Source of the DNA: an uncultured Gammaproteobacteria bacterium
GTDB lineage: Bacteria > Patescibacteriota > Patescibacteriia > Magasanikbacterales > UBA922
Direction: 5' to 3'
Assembly: GCA_964435035.1 (NCBI GenBank)
Contig: CAYSXR010000001.1
Coordinates: forward strand, 55,259-119,258
Length of the DNA stretch: 64,000 bases
A model generated the notes under the pieces. That model had not been told where the DNA came from and made no database searches. It saw nothing but the letters and a program-made list of their open reading frames with translations. The position numbers and the translations under genes are program-made. Positions 18,321 through 27,331 of the stretch are shown one piece after another. Every line of letters begins with the position of its first letter. The first letter of the stretch is position 1.

Positions 18321-19435
18321 AAATACACCTAAAATCTCCAATATCTGACAGTTGGAGACAAGATGCTTTAAAAAAAATAAAAGACATTCAGGAAAAGAAT
18401 CCAGGCATTTCTATAACTAAAGAGCTACTGGGTGGAGCAACGAATACTCTTAAATATTTAGCAACATTTGATGGAGCTAAACTTTTTATTAAAATCGGAG
18501 AAAAAGTCGAACGTGAAAAAGAAGTGTATAAGCAAATAGAAGATAATGATATTTTTTTAAAAAACGTAAATCTGCAAAATGAATCCTCAGATCTTTTAGT
18601 GCTTCCTTATTATGAAGGGGTTTCTTTAGAAGAAAAAACATTACAAAATCCTTCAGAAATAGCTAAGCATACTAAATTAATTATAGAAGTTTTACAGAGA
18701 ACGTTTTCAAAGTATTGGGTGAGGAACATAAAAAAGAACGGAGGTAGTGATTTTGGAGTGAGTTTGTTGAAAAAGCGCTATCTTGAATTAAATAATCATA
18801 TTAATGCAATTTCATTCGAAAGTGGTGATGAATATAGTTTTGATGGTTTTGCTACTCGTCCAGTAGTGATACAGAAAAATAACAAAGAAATTAAGCTCCC
18901 CTCAATAAAGCAGATGACGGAGAAAATTCTCAAACTACTTGATAAACTTAAGCCTTATGATGGGTACGGGATATTAGGTGATTTTCAACCGCCAAATATT
19001 CTGATTTCAAAGGAAGGAATAAAAATAGTAGATATTTCAAATGTTGTAGATGCGGGCGACATTGCGTTCGATATTGGAAAATTTTTCAATTACTATAATA
19101 GATTTTTTTCAATTGCAGTAGTACGTGATGGTCATAAGAATAATAATTCTCATAAAATTACTATTAAAAATGGTATCATATATGTACATCAAGAAAAAGA
19201 TCATTACTCATATGCAGATAAAAAAATCATTGAAACGGTGGAAGAGGATTTTTGTGTGCATGTTGCTAAAGAATTGAATGATTACACAATTTCAGACCGA
19301 GTAAAATTGTATAAATTTGTTGTTTCTCTACTAACCATTAAAAGACATCTACAGTTCGATGGGTTAGATGAAATGCTTATTGGAAATCTTGTTGACGCAT
19401 ATTACGAGATACATAGAAAAGTTTTACATATATAA
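18317..19435 (+). CDS. APH/choline-kinase-fold small-molecule kinase
   Basis: Glycine-rich N-lobe, catalytic ILGDFQPPNILIS and DISNVVDAGD...DIG (Brenner-type motif and DFG-like). Confidence 0.45.
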   Translation: MKIHLKSPISDSWRQDALKKIKDIQEKNPGISITKELLGGATNTLKYLATFDGAKLFIKIGEKVEREKEVYKQIEDNDIFLKNVNLQNESSDLLVLPYYEGVSLEEKTLQNPSEIAKHTKLIIEVLQRTFSKYWVRNIKKNGGSDFGVSLLKKRYLELNNHINAISFESGDEYSFDGFATRPVVIQKNNKEIKLPSIKQMTEKILKLLDKLKPYDGYGILGDFQPPNILISKEGIKIVDISNVVDAGDIAFDIGKFFNYYNRFFSIAVVRDGHKNNNSHKITIKNGIIYVHQEKDHYSYADKKIIETVEEDFCVHVAKELNDYTISDRVKLYKFVVSLLTIKRHLQFDGLDEMLIGNLVDAYYEIHRKVLHI

Positions 19436-19436
19436 T

Positions 19437-20702
19437 ATGACAAGAAGAATTGAAGGATCGCTTGTTTCTCACGAGCATACAAATCCTAAACAAGAAATAA
19501 CAACACTTGAGAGATTAGAGGCAAATGCTGAAAAATGGGTGCTTTCATTTCTTGAAAATGAAGGTATAACTGGAGCATCAGTCACTGAAATTAATAAAAC
19601 AACAAAGAGCGTTTTTGGGTCAGTTGAATTTGGAGAAAAAAAACACTTCTTTAAAATTTCTGATGCAGAAAAAATTGCCTATGAGCTTGAAGGCTACAAG
19701 ATTGCGGAGGACTACAAACATGAGACGATCCACCATCATTATTTTGATGCAGAAGAAGGTTATGGACTATACATACAAGATTACTGTGATGAAGTAAGTG
19801 TTGATTCGGGTCTTGCAATACATGAGATAAATAGCGCTCTTGGCAAATCACCCGAAGAACAAAAAAAGATTGAGGATAAATTGGCAGAGGTATATCGAAA
19901 AATTCATGAAATATTTGAATCAACGCTTACTGAGGATAGATATGTTTTGTCAGGTAGGAACGATGCATTCTTCCATGAACGACTTAAAAAAGATGGACGT
20001 ATTGATAGCTATTATGGAAAAAGGAGTTTTAAATTTGAAGATTCAAAAAAAGATATCGTTGCTGAGGAGTTATTTACGTATTTAATTAGCTGCAATGGAG
20101 AAGACGGAATTGTCATACAAGATGTTATTGAAAAAGCACAACATGATCTTGATCCTGAAAAACCTCGCGTATTCGTGGTGTCCCAAGGAGACTTAACAGA
20201 GAGTAATGTTAGTGTAGAAGGAACTTTTTTTGACTTTGAAGCAGCTGGTTTAAATTCATTGATTCAGGAATTAGCTATTTATTTGGTATATACATATGTG
20301 AATGGTCACTACATCACCCCAAAGTATTCAAAGTCTACTGATCAAACATTTTCAAAGCAATTCGAACAATCAATTACAACCGAATATGTTCTTGATGAAG
20401 AAAGTAAAAAAATGGATATAGTAATGAATTATCCATTACCTGAATTAAAGCGAGCCCTCATCGAACGTTTTACAGATATTGTAATAGCTCCTATAGAAAG
20501 AAAATTAAATCCAGCTGAAAGTACTCAACTCGTTAAAGAATTACAATCTGCAATTGCATTGCGTCTGATTGCGGTTAAGAATATACTCAAATTTGAAGAA
20601 AAGGACGTATTGGTAACGCTCGGACTTTTGAGCAAATTATGTAAGGCGGGAGATGAAAAAACTTTAGAAGAATTTATAAAACAACGTTTTGTTAGTATAT
20701 AG
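19437..20702 (+). CDS. Second kinase-like protein (APH fold, more divergent)
   Basis: VFVVSQGDLTESNVSVEG...FDFEAAG resembles the hGDlhpgNvlv...iDfE catalytic loop. The ATG at 19437 is preferred. Confidence 0.3.
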   Translation: MTRRIEGSLVSHEHTNPKQEITTLERLEANAEKWVLSFLENEGITGASVTEINKTTKSVFGSVEFGEKKHFFKISDAEKIAYELEGYKIAEDYKHETIHHHYFDAEEGYGLYIQDYCDEVSVDSGLAIHEINSALGKSPEEQKKIEDKLAEVYRKIHEIFESTLTEDRYVLSGRNDAFFHERLKKDGRIDSYYGKRSFKFEDSKKDIVAEELFTYLISCNGEDGIVIQDVIEKAQHDLDPEKPRVFVVSQGDLTESNVSVEGTFFDFEAAGLNSLIQELAIYLVYTYVNGHYITPKYSKSTDQTFSKQFEQSITTEYVLDEESKKMDIVMNYPLPELKRALIERFTDIVIAPIERKLNPAESTQLVKELQSAIALRLIAVKNILKFEEKDVLVTLGLLSKLCKAGDEKTLEEFIKQRFVSI

Positions 20703-20704
20703 TT

Positions 20705-21685
20705 ATGAACATCACTTCACTTATTGATAAAAATAAAAAAACTATTTTGAGCCTTGATCTGGATAACACGATAGTAAATCGAAAGAAAGGGGATAATTAT
20801 GTACTACCTGCTCTTAAGAAAGCTCTCGAAAGGATAATGAAAAGCGAATCGATTATCCCTGTTATCAATACAGGACGCGACATTATCGGATATCGCGCAT
20901 TCCAGCGAGAAGTGTTGGATATCGGCGATGCAGTTCTTGGATCAGGAACATTGATAGTTCATGACAATACGATAGATTTAAATGAAAAAGGTTTTATTGA
21001 TGTCGTGTGTATTGAAATTCTGGAGAATGCCGTGAAAAAAGGTAAATTGCCTTTTATAGATATAACTCATGCAGAAGGTAGGATCATTGTATATAATGAA
21101 CAGGAAGTTAAAGATCTTAACGCAGAAGACCTATTTTATTCTCAGACACCAAGAACATGGTTTGAAACCAAACAACCGATAACTAAAATTAATGATTATA
21201 TACGTCCAAAACACATTTTCCGTATTGAAATCCCAGTCTTTAAAGATCATATAGAAAATCTCTATAATGAACTAGTTAATAAATCAGATGATGCATTGGT
21301 AGATTTAAATAAGTTTTTGCATTCCGAGATTGATATACGGAAGTTTGTCCTTAACAGAAAAGTATTTTTTAATGATTCATTTCAAGGAAGAGTAATTTTT
21401 GGAAGGTTCCAGAAAAGCGAATCTGAGATGAATAAAGGTTTTGGTCTCCAAAAATGGTTAGCCTCCAAAGAGTTTACACCTCTAGATTTTAATATCTTCC
21501 ATATAGGAGATAAAGATAAAGGTTTAGTGAATGACGTACTTATTAAAGATCATGTACCCAATGCCCATATTATAATGGTTAATAGTAGGACAAAAAATAA
21601 TCCGGCTGTAAGTTTGTATCTAGAAGGAGATACTGATAAAAGCATTGTAGAATTTATAACAAGTATTGTTGAAGCCTATGTTTAA
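20705..21685 (+). CDS. HAD-superfamily phosphatase-like protein
   Basis: N-terminal LSLDLDNTIV (DxDxT motif I) and a length of 326 aa. Confidence 0.35.
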   Translation: MNITSLIDKNKKTILSLDLDNTIVNRKKGDNYVLPALKKALERIMKSESIIPVINTGRDIIGYRAFQREVLDIGDAVLGSGTLIVHDNTIDLNEKGFIDVVCIEILENAVKKGKLPFIDITHAEGRIIVYNEQEVKDLNAEDLFYSQTPRTWFETKQPITKINDYIRPKHIFRIEIPVFKDHIENLYNELVNKSDDALVDLNKFLHSEIDIRKFVLNRKVFFNDSFQGRVIFGRFQKSESEMNKGFGLQKWLASKEFTPLDFNIFHIGDKDKGLVNDVLIKDHVPNAHIIMVNSRTKNNPAVSLYLEGDTDKSIVEFITSIVEAYV

Positions 21686-22247
21686 AAAAAAGATATTTTC
21701 TCAAAACGATTTACATTGGATTAATTACTTTATTATCAAAGAAGATCGTGAGAAGATGGGGGAAAAAATTAAAGGGACTCGTACAGAAAAGCTATTTGCA
21801 TTTAAGAGTGGAGACTATTCACATATACAAGAAATAGTAGGATGGGTTGCTGACATATTAGATACTGACCCTATCGTAATTGTCCCATATCCATCGACTA
21901 ATCCAAATAAAGATAAAAGTATTCAACTTCCGTATGTAGTAGCAGGGGAACTCGCAAAAATAAACAAGAATTGGATTGATGGATCAGGATATCTTAAGCG
22001 TAAATTTGAGTTACCTAAAAATACCAGAGATGTTAATTCGCAGTATGAAAGTTTGGAATTTGAATTAAACAAGGAATTTAAGAATTTTCCTATTCTACTA
22101 CTTGATGATGTGACCACCTCTGGTAGTTCACTTGAAGCAGGGCTAAAGGTAATCCGAGAGAAAAGTGAAAAGGGACAAGAAATTAGCAGTCTTGCGGTGG
22201 CAAAGAAGGTTTTCTTGAAAGAAGTTCCACCAGGAGCTTTATATTAG
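21678..22247 (+). CDS. Type I phosphoribosyltransferase-domain protein
   Basis: PILLLDDVTTSGSSLEAG matches the PRPP-binding motif. Confidence 0.4.
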   Translation: MFKKKIFSQNDLHWINYFIIKEDREKMGEKIKGTRTEKLFAFKSGDYSHIQEIVGWVADILDTDPIVIVPYPSTNPNKDKSIQLPYVVAGELAKINKNWIDGSGYLKRKFELPKNTRDVNSQYESLEFELNKEFKNFPILLLDDVTTSGSSLEAGLKVIREKSEKGQEISSLAVAKKVFLKEVPPGALY

Positions 22248-22251
22248 AATT

Positions 22252-23433
22252 ATGCTGTATTACATAAGCCATAGTGCTGTTGAAAAGGAAGAGCGTGGAA
22301 ATCAACTCCAGGTTAAGCTGTCTTTTGAATATGTATCAAAAAAGATTCCAGTAGTAGGGATATTTTTAAGTGGCAAAAAGAAGATATATACCAAGATACA
22401 GCATGCGGGCAATAAATATATAATTGACTATAACACTTGCTTTGATTGGATCGAAAAAATATTGGGTATTATTTCTTTTAAGAAAAATATTACTCCAAGT
22501 TTATTTGCCTTTAAAAGCAGTAAAATAATAAAAAAAGATACTCAAGAAAAAGACGTTTATTTGCGAATTTTTAGTCTTATTGACGGTATCTTCTTTATTA
22601 AAAGAATGAATAAATTCAAGATACGTAAGCTTGCGTGTGAGTTCCATGACATTGATTATAAGTTGCCAATGTACAAAAAGAACATAGACAGAATCTTTAG
22701 AAAATATATTTTTAAGTCTTTTATTAAACATGCGGTAAATGCCGGAGAAAAAGTAACCTTGGTAACGGTATCGCATACCTTAGCTGAACAATTTTCTAAA
22801 GAATTTAGCTATCCATATAAAATCGCTGTAATCCCTAATGGTCATAATTTTGAACATTTAGAGCCTAAAAATAAATATTCTTTTGGGAACGACCATATAA
22901 AGATTATTTATACAGGCTTGAATTTGTATAAAATGAAAGGACTCAATCATCTTATTGAAGCTTTAGATTTTCTTGACCATAGATTTTTAGTGCATATCAT
23001 TGGGGGAACCGATGCACACCGCAATGAACTTAATCAGAAATATAAAAAATTTGTAGCTCAAAAAAGGTTGATTATTGATCCACCGAAAAATCATCAGGAA
23101 ATGATAGGTTATATGCAAAAAGCTGATCTTGCGGTAATTCCACTTCCTAAGAATGATTTTTCTTTATTTACTTCGCCATTAAAATTGTTTGAGTATATGG
23201 CTGCGGGGTTACCAATTGTGGCGAGTGATGTACCGACAATCAAAGAAGTTATTAATGATAGGCAAGACGGTCTGTTGTATGAAGCTGGAGATGTGCATTC
23301 TATGGTCCAAATGATTAAAATTTTAGTTAGTCATAAAAGTTTAGCTGAAACTATAGGAAAAGGAGCGTATAGAACCTCTAAAAATTATACATATGAGAAA
23401 CGTGCAGAGAGAATATTAGAGATTTTTAATTAA
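22252..23433 (+). CDS. Glycosyltransferase family 1 (GT4-like, GT-B fold)
   Basis: C-terminal FTSPLKLFEYMAAGLPIVASDV...DGLL matches the GT1 E-x7-E region. Confidence 0.55.
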   Translation: MLYYISHSAVEKEERGNQLQVKLSFEYVSKKIPVVGIFLSGKKKIYTKIQHAGNKYIIDYNTCFDWIEKILGIISFKKNITPSLFAFKSSKIIKKDTQEKDVYLRIFSLIDGIFFIKRMNKFKIRKLACEFHDIDYKLPMYKKNIDRIFRKYIFKSFIKHAVNAGEKVTLVTVSHTLAEQFSKEFSYPYKIAVIPNGHNFEHLEPKNKYSFGNDHIKIIYTGLNLYKMKGLNHLIEALDFLDHRFLVHIIGGTDAHRNELNQKYKKFVAQKRLIIDPPKNHQEMIGYMQKADLAVIPLPKNDFSLFTSPLKLFEYMAAGLPIVASDVPTIKEVINDRQDGLLYEAGDVHSMVQMIKILVSHKSLAETIGKGAYRTSKNYTYEKRAERILEIFN

Positions 23434-23538
23434 AAAAAATTACTTTTTATTTCATTTTACTAAACAAAAAAACTGCAGAAGAAGGAGGGTACTTCAGCAG
23501 GTTATTATGCCTCATAAGGAGGTAATTATATTATAATT

Positions 23539-23997
23539 TCACTTCTTCTTAAACTTACTATCTCCCTTAATAAGGCCAACCAAATCCTCCTCCCGCTCAT
23601 ACCCTCGTAACCTCCCACTCACATATCCCATCCTATAACTCACCCCGTCACTCGTGAGTCTCCAATTCGTATCCTTCAAGGTCTTCTTAAGTATTTTCTT
23701 CAACTCATACTCACTTTCCTGTTGAGGACGATCACTCTTACTATCATAGATGCCAAACGGCACAATCACATCTTTGGTAATCTGAGGAGGAGATAACTGT
23801 AACTTAGTATATCCTTCATTCTCTAACGTAGTACTAAGCAGTTTTTCAAGATCAAGAATCGTGAGCTTCTGAATCTTTGCAACTTTCTCATACAACTCAG
23901 TATTCGCTTCTTTCTCTTTCCATTCTTTGACCATGTCCCCAATGCGCTCAATACCAGCGAATTCTATTCTCCATTTTTCTCCCTCTTCTTCTGACAA
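23539..23997 (-). CDS. hypothetical protein (152 aa; TTG start). Overlaps the upstream ORF by 34 nt, so it may be the frameshifted 3' part of one gene
   Basis: Lys/Glu-rich ORF in the same orientation as, and overlapping, 23964-24263. Confidence 0.3.
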   Translation of the reverse strand: MSEEEGEKWRIEFAGIERIGDMVKEWKEKEANTELYEKVAKIQKLTILDLEKLLSTTLENEGYTKLQLSPPQITKDVIVPFGIYDSKSDRPQQESEYELKKILKKTLKDTNWRLTSDGVSYRMGYVSGRLRGYEREEDLVGLIKGDSKFKKK

Positions 23998-24263
23998 ACA
24001 AAACCTGGCACGGTCAGCTTCAAAATGTAGATCAGGTACATCAGTCTGAACTGTTCTTTTGTATCTGAATTTACTAAGTATATAGGAGCAAAAGCAGAGC
24101 CACCCTCAAAAGTAACGGATGTTTTATTTTTGCTTAATGCAGAGGCTAAAAGTTTAAGAGCGCTTTCGCACTCTAATATATTATCCCCATGAATTCTTAA
24201 ATGCTGGATTCGTGACATTTTAGACGTTATATAATGAAAATACGATAACATTTTTTGTTCCAA
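23964..24263 (-). CDS. hypothetical protein (99 aa)
   Basis: ORF only. Confidence 0.3.
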   Translation of the reverse strand: MEQKMLSYFHYITSKMSRIQHLRIHGDNILECESALKLLASALSKNKTSVTFEGGSAFAPIYLVNSDTKEQFRLMYLIYILKLTVPGFVCQKKREKNGE

Positions 24264-24339
24264 GATACAAATTTGAGATTTATTTAAGCATTGACAAAAC
24301 CAACTTTTGATCCTACATTAGAAGAGTAAATTTTAGTTA

Positions 24340-25623
24340 TTGAAGTTTGTTAAAAAATTATTTCTTATGGAGGATCAGCCTACAGCATTAGATTATCACC
24401 TTAATAAAAAACCTCATAGAACGTATGTGAGCAAATCCTTAAAGAGAACAAATCCCGTGGACAATACCACACATTTTACGAGAATTGTTAGTAAGGTTGT
24501 CGACTGTAAGAATTTTTACGAGATGTATAAAGAAAAGAACTCAGTAGTTTTAAGGTTAAGTCCGGGAGAAAGGCAGGAAGTGATAGCGAAGGTCGATGAG
24601 GATAGTAGGGGATTTTACTTACTTATACAAAGATTTAATAAAAGATCAGGCACCCCTACTCAAGAATCTTTTTGTTTTAGGTCTGATGAATTGAAAAAGC
24701 TTTTAGACTTTATAGAATCCTTGTCAATTATTGATTTTAGTGACAAGAACAAATTTAAAATTGAGGATGCTGCATTATTAGCAGCAAAAAAATTACTCAA
24801 TGATGATCCAGATTTAGCACTAGAAATTATTCAAAATAAAATTACGAAATCTGACGTTGTTGCTCTTGCTTACCGTAAAACTCAGTTGCAGATATTTCAT
24901 AACTTGCTAAATGATGAAAGTTTTTTTGAAATGAAAAAAAACGAATGGAACAAAGCCAGAAACGAAGATGTTTGGCAGTATTTTTTTGAAGAAAATAAGT
25001 GGATTTTTGGTTATGGTCTAAACTTTGTATTTAACTCTTCTCTCGAGGGGAAAAAACTAGAGCAAGTTATTAAAGGGGCAGATTTGGAAAATGCAGGTAA
25101 ACGTGTGGACGCTCTACTCAAGACAAGAGGAATAATTAATTCCCTTTGTTTAGTTGAAATAAAAACGCATCTTACCCCGTTGTTGAAACAAGTAAAAAAT
25201 TCATATCGCTCAGCTGCATGGAGCGTCTCTGATGAATTTAATGGCGGATTGGTGCAAACACAAAAAACTTCGCAAATTGCATTGGAAAATATAAAAAACA
25301 AATTTGAAACTACAGACAATGAAGATAATCCAACTGGTGAAACGATTTATTCTTATAAACCAAAATCGTATTTGATAATAGGAAGTCACCGAGAGTTTCT
25401 GGCAGATAATGGATTCGTTAATAAAGAAAAATATTCTTCCTTTGAGTTATTTAGAAAAAATATTCTTAATCCAGAGGTAATAACTTTTGACGAATTATAT
25501 GAACGAGCTAAATTTATTGTTCATGATAATGAAAAGAGTGCAGAAAAAAAGGATGAAAGTATTGTGGAGGTAGAAGCAGAAGAGACGATAAATGAAATCA
25601 ATATAAGTGATATACCTTTTTAA
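24340..25623 (+). CDS. Protein with a C-terminal PD-(D/E)xK nuclease-like core. Possibly Shedu/DUF4263-like
   Basis: ...RVDALLKTRGIINSLCLVEIKTH...Q gives D-(x15)-E-x-K. The N-terminal 230 aa are unassigned. Adjacent to a tRNA. Confidence 0.35.
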   Translation: MKFVKKLFLMEDQPTALDYHLNKKPHRTYVSKSLKRTNPVDNTTHFTRIVSKVVDCKNFYEMYKEKNSVVLRLSPGERQEVIAKVDEDSRGFYLLIQRFNKRSGTPTQESFCFRSDELKKLLDFIESLSIIDFSDKNKFKIEDAALLAAKKLLNDDPDLALEIIQNKITKSDVVALAYRKTQLQIFHNLLNDESFFEMKKNEWNKARNEDVWQYFFEENKWIFGYGLNFVFNSSLEGKKLEQVIKGADLENAGKRVDALLKTRGIINSLCLVEIKTHLTPLLKQVKNSYRSAAWSVSDEFNGGLVQTQKTSQIALENIKNKFETTDNEDNPTGETIYSYKPKSYLIIGSHREFLADNGFVNKEKYSSFELFRKNILNPEVITFDELYERAKFIVHDNEKSAEKKDESIVEVEAEETINEINISDIPF

Positions 25624-25650
25624 AACCTATTTTAATAACTTAAATTAAAC

Positions 25651-25728
25651 AAAAACACCCAAACGGGTGTTTTAATGTGTCCTTCAGGACTATGACTAGC
25701 GGTCACCCGGGAGGGGTGTCCAACAGTG
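25651..25728. repeat. Partial copy D of the dispersed repeat (hairpin aaaaacacccaaacgggtgtttt plus the 'tgactagcggtcacccgggaggggtgtccaacagtg' block), abutting the 3' flank of tRNA-Leu
   Basis: Shares about 75 bp with copies A, B and C, then runs directly into the tRNA instead of the remainder of the repeat. Confidence 0.55.
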
Positions 25729-25810
25729 TGCTCAGGAGAGGACTCGAACCTCCAAGCCTTTCGGCGCTACCACCTCAAGGTAGTGCGTCTACCAATTTCG
25801 CCACCTGAGC
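25729..25810 (-). tRNA. tRNA-Leu (anticodon GAG), type II with long variable arm, CCA not encoded
   Basis: Reverse complement is GCTCAGGTGGCGAAATTGGTAGACGCACTACCTTGAGGTGGTAGCGCCGAAAGGCTTGGAGGTTCGAGTCCTCTCCTGAGCA. The cloverleaf folds, with anticodon loop TTGAGGT and T-loop GGTTCGAGTCC. Confidence 0.8.
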
Positions 25811-25912
25811 TCAATTTGCTTACATAGAATGCCACAATATTTTCCATTAGTCAAGGCTTTTTAGTTTGCTTAGACACTTAATTCTTGGTACACTTAAGCC
25901 ATATTTTACTTT

Positions 25913-27331
25913 ATGAAACGTTCCGAAGGAATGCTCATGGTGCTTCAGGTGCCACTCGACTACATCCTCATCTTACTCGCAGCAGTCACGGCATACGGCA
26001 TACGTTTTTTGCCCTTTTTTGTTGAACTTCGCACGGTACGATTTGATCTTACCCTCCCTGAATTTTTTATACGTGCTGCGGTTGCAGGCTTGGGAATCAT
26101 TCTTATTTTTGCGCTTGATGGACTCTATAGCCCTGATCCAAATAGGAAACTTGCCGAAGTATTGAAGCGTGTTCTAGTCATGTCTACAGTTGGTCTCGCA
26201 TTTGTGGCGCTCGGTATTATATTTCTCTCTGCTCAATTCGAATCACGTTTTCTATTGGTAAGTACGTGGTTTTTCACGATTGTATTTGTATCGGGTGGAA
26301 GAATTCTTATGCGTGCGCTCCGAGGAGTTATGTATCGTCTGGGAGTGGGACTACGAAATGTCATTATTGTAGGTGATGAGCATGTGGGTGAGCGAATTGG
26401 CGAAGAACTTACTCGAAGACAAGAGCTAGGATACCGGGTACTTACGATTTCAAACCATTTCACTGAAAGTGATGCGCGAAAATTTGGGAAACGCGGGATT
26501 GATGAAATTATATTTGCGCATCCGAGAGGGCGGGAAGCAGAAGCGCTCAAAATTATTGAATATTGTACTCGTCATCATATTGTATTCAAATATAGCGCAG
26601 ATATGTTTGCTGCATACGCTGCAAATGCGACGATTACAGCCCTCGCCGGAATGCCAATGGTGGAATTGAAGCGTACACCGCTCGAAGGATGGGGTAAAGT
26701 CATTAAGCGAGTGTCAGATGTCTTCTTTAGTCTTATATTAATCATACTGTGTTCTCCTATATTGCTTCTAGTAGCATTGATTATTTTTATAGAGACTGGT
26801 CGGCCGATTTTGTATAAAAACAAACGAGTGGGGTACCAGGGAAAAGATTTCTTTACCTATAAATTTAGATCCATGTACCAAAAAGATAGTACTGGTCCGC
26901 AATTTGGCAGGGCAGGAACATTTGCTGAAAAAAGAGAAAAGCAATTGATAGAAAAGCAAAATACCCGCACTGGTCCCATATATAAAATTGGAAATGATCC
27001 ACGTATCACACCCGTAGGAAGGTTTTTGAGAAAATGGAGTCTTGATGAATTGCCTCAGTTTTTCAATGTGTTGGTAGGGACGATGAGTATCGTTGGTCCT
27101 CGTCCGCATCAGCCACGAGAAGTAGATCTCTATCGCGATGCATATCCGACCGTATTTGCGGTAAAGCCAGGAATCACCGGACTCTCACAAATTTCAGGCA
27201 GATCAGATCTGGAATTCGAAGAAGAAATGAGACTCGATGTGCTCTATATTGAGCGCTGGACATTGTTCCTTGATTTGATTATCATGCTAAAGACGCCCTT
27301 TATTCTCTTCAAGAAACGAAAAGCGGAATAA
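25913..27331 (+). CDS. Polyprenyl-phosphate sugar phosphotransferase (WbaP/bacterial sugar transferase family)
   Basis: N-terminal TM segments and a C-terminal ...DELPQFFNVLVGTMSIVGPRP... conserved sugar-transferase domain. Confidence 0.7.
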   Translation: MKRSEGMLMVLQVPLDYILILLAAVTAYGIRFLPFFVELRTVRFDLTLPEFFIRAAVAGLGIILIFALDGLYSPDPNRKLAEVLKRVLVMSTVGLAFVALGIIFLSAQFESRFLLVSTWFFTIVFVSGGRILMRALRGVMYRLGVGLRNVIIVGDEHVGERIGEELTRRQELGYRVLTISNHFTESDARKFGKRGIDEIIFAHPRGREAEALKIIEYCTRHHIVFKYSADMFAAYAANATITALAGMPMVELKRTPLEGWGKVIKRVSDVFFSLILIILCSPILLLVALIIFIETGRPILYKNKRVGYQGKDFFTYKFRSMYQKDSTGPQFGRAGTFAEKREKQLIEKQNTRTGPIYKIGNDPRITPVGRFLRKWSLDELPQFFNVLVGTMSIVGPRPHQPREVDLYRDAYPTVFAVKPGITGLSQISGRSDLEFEEEMRLDVLYIERWTLFLDLIIMLKTPFILFKKRKAE

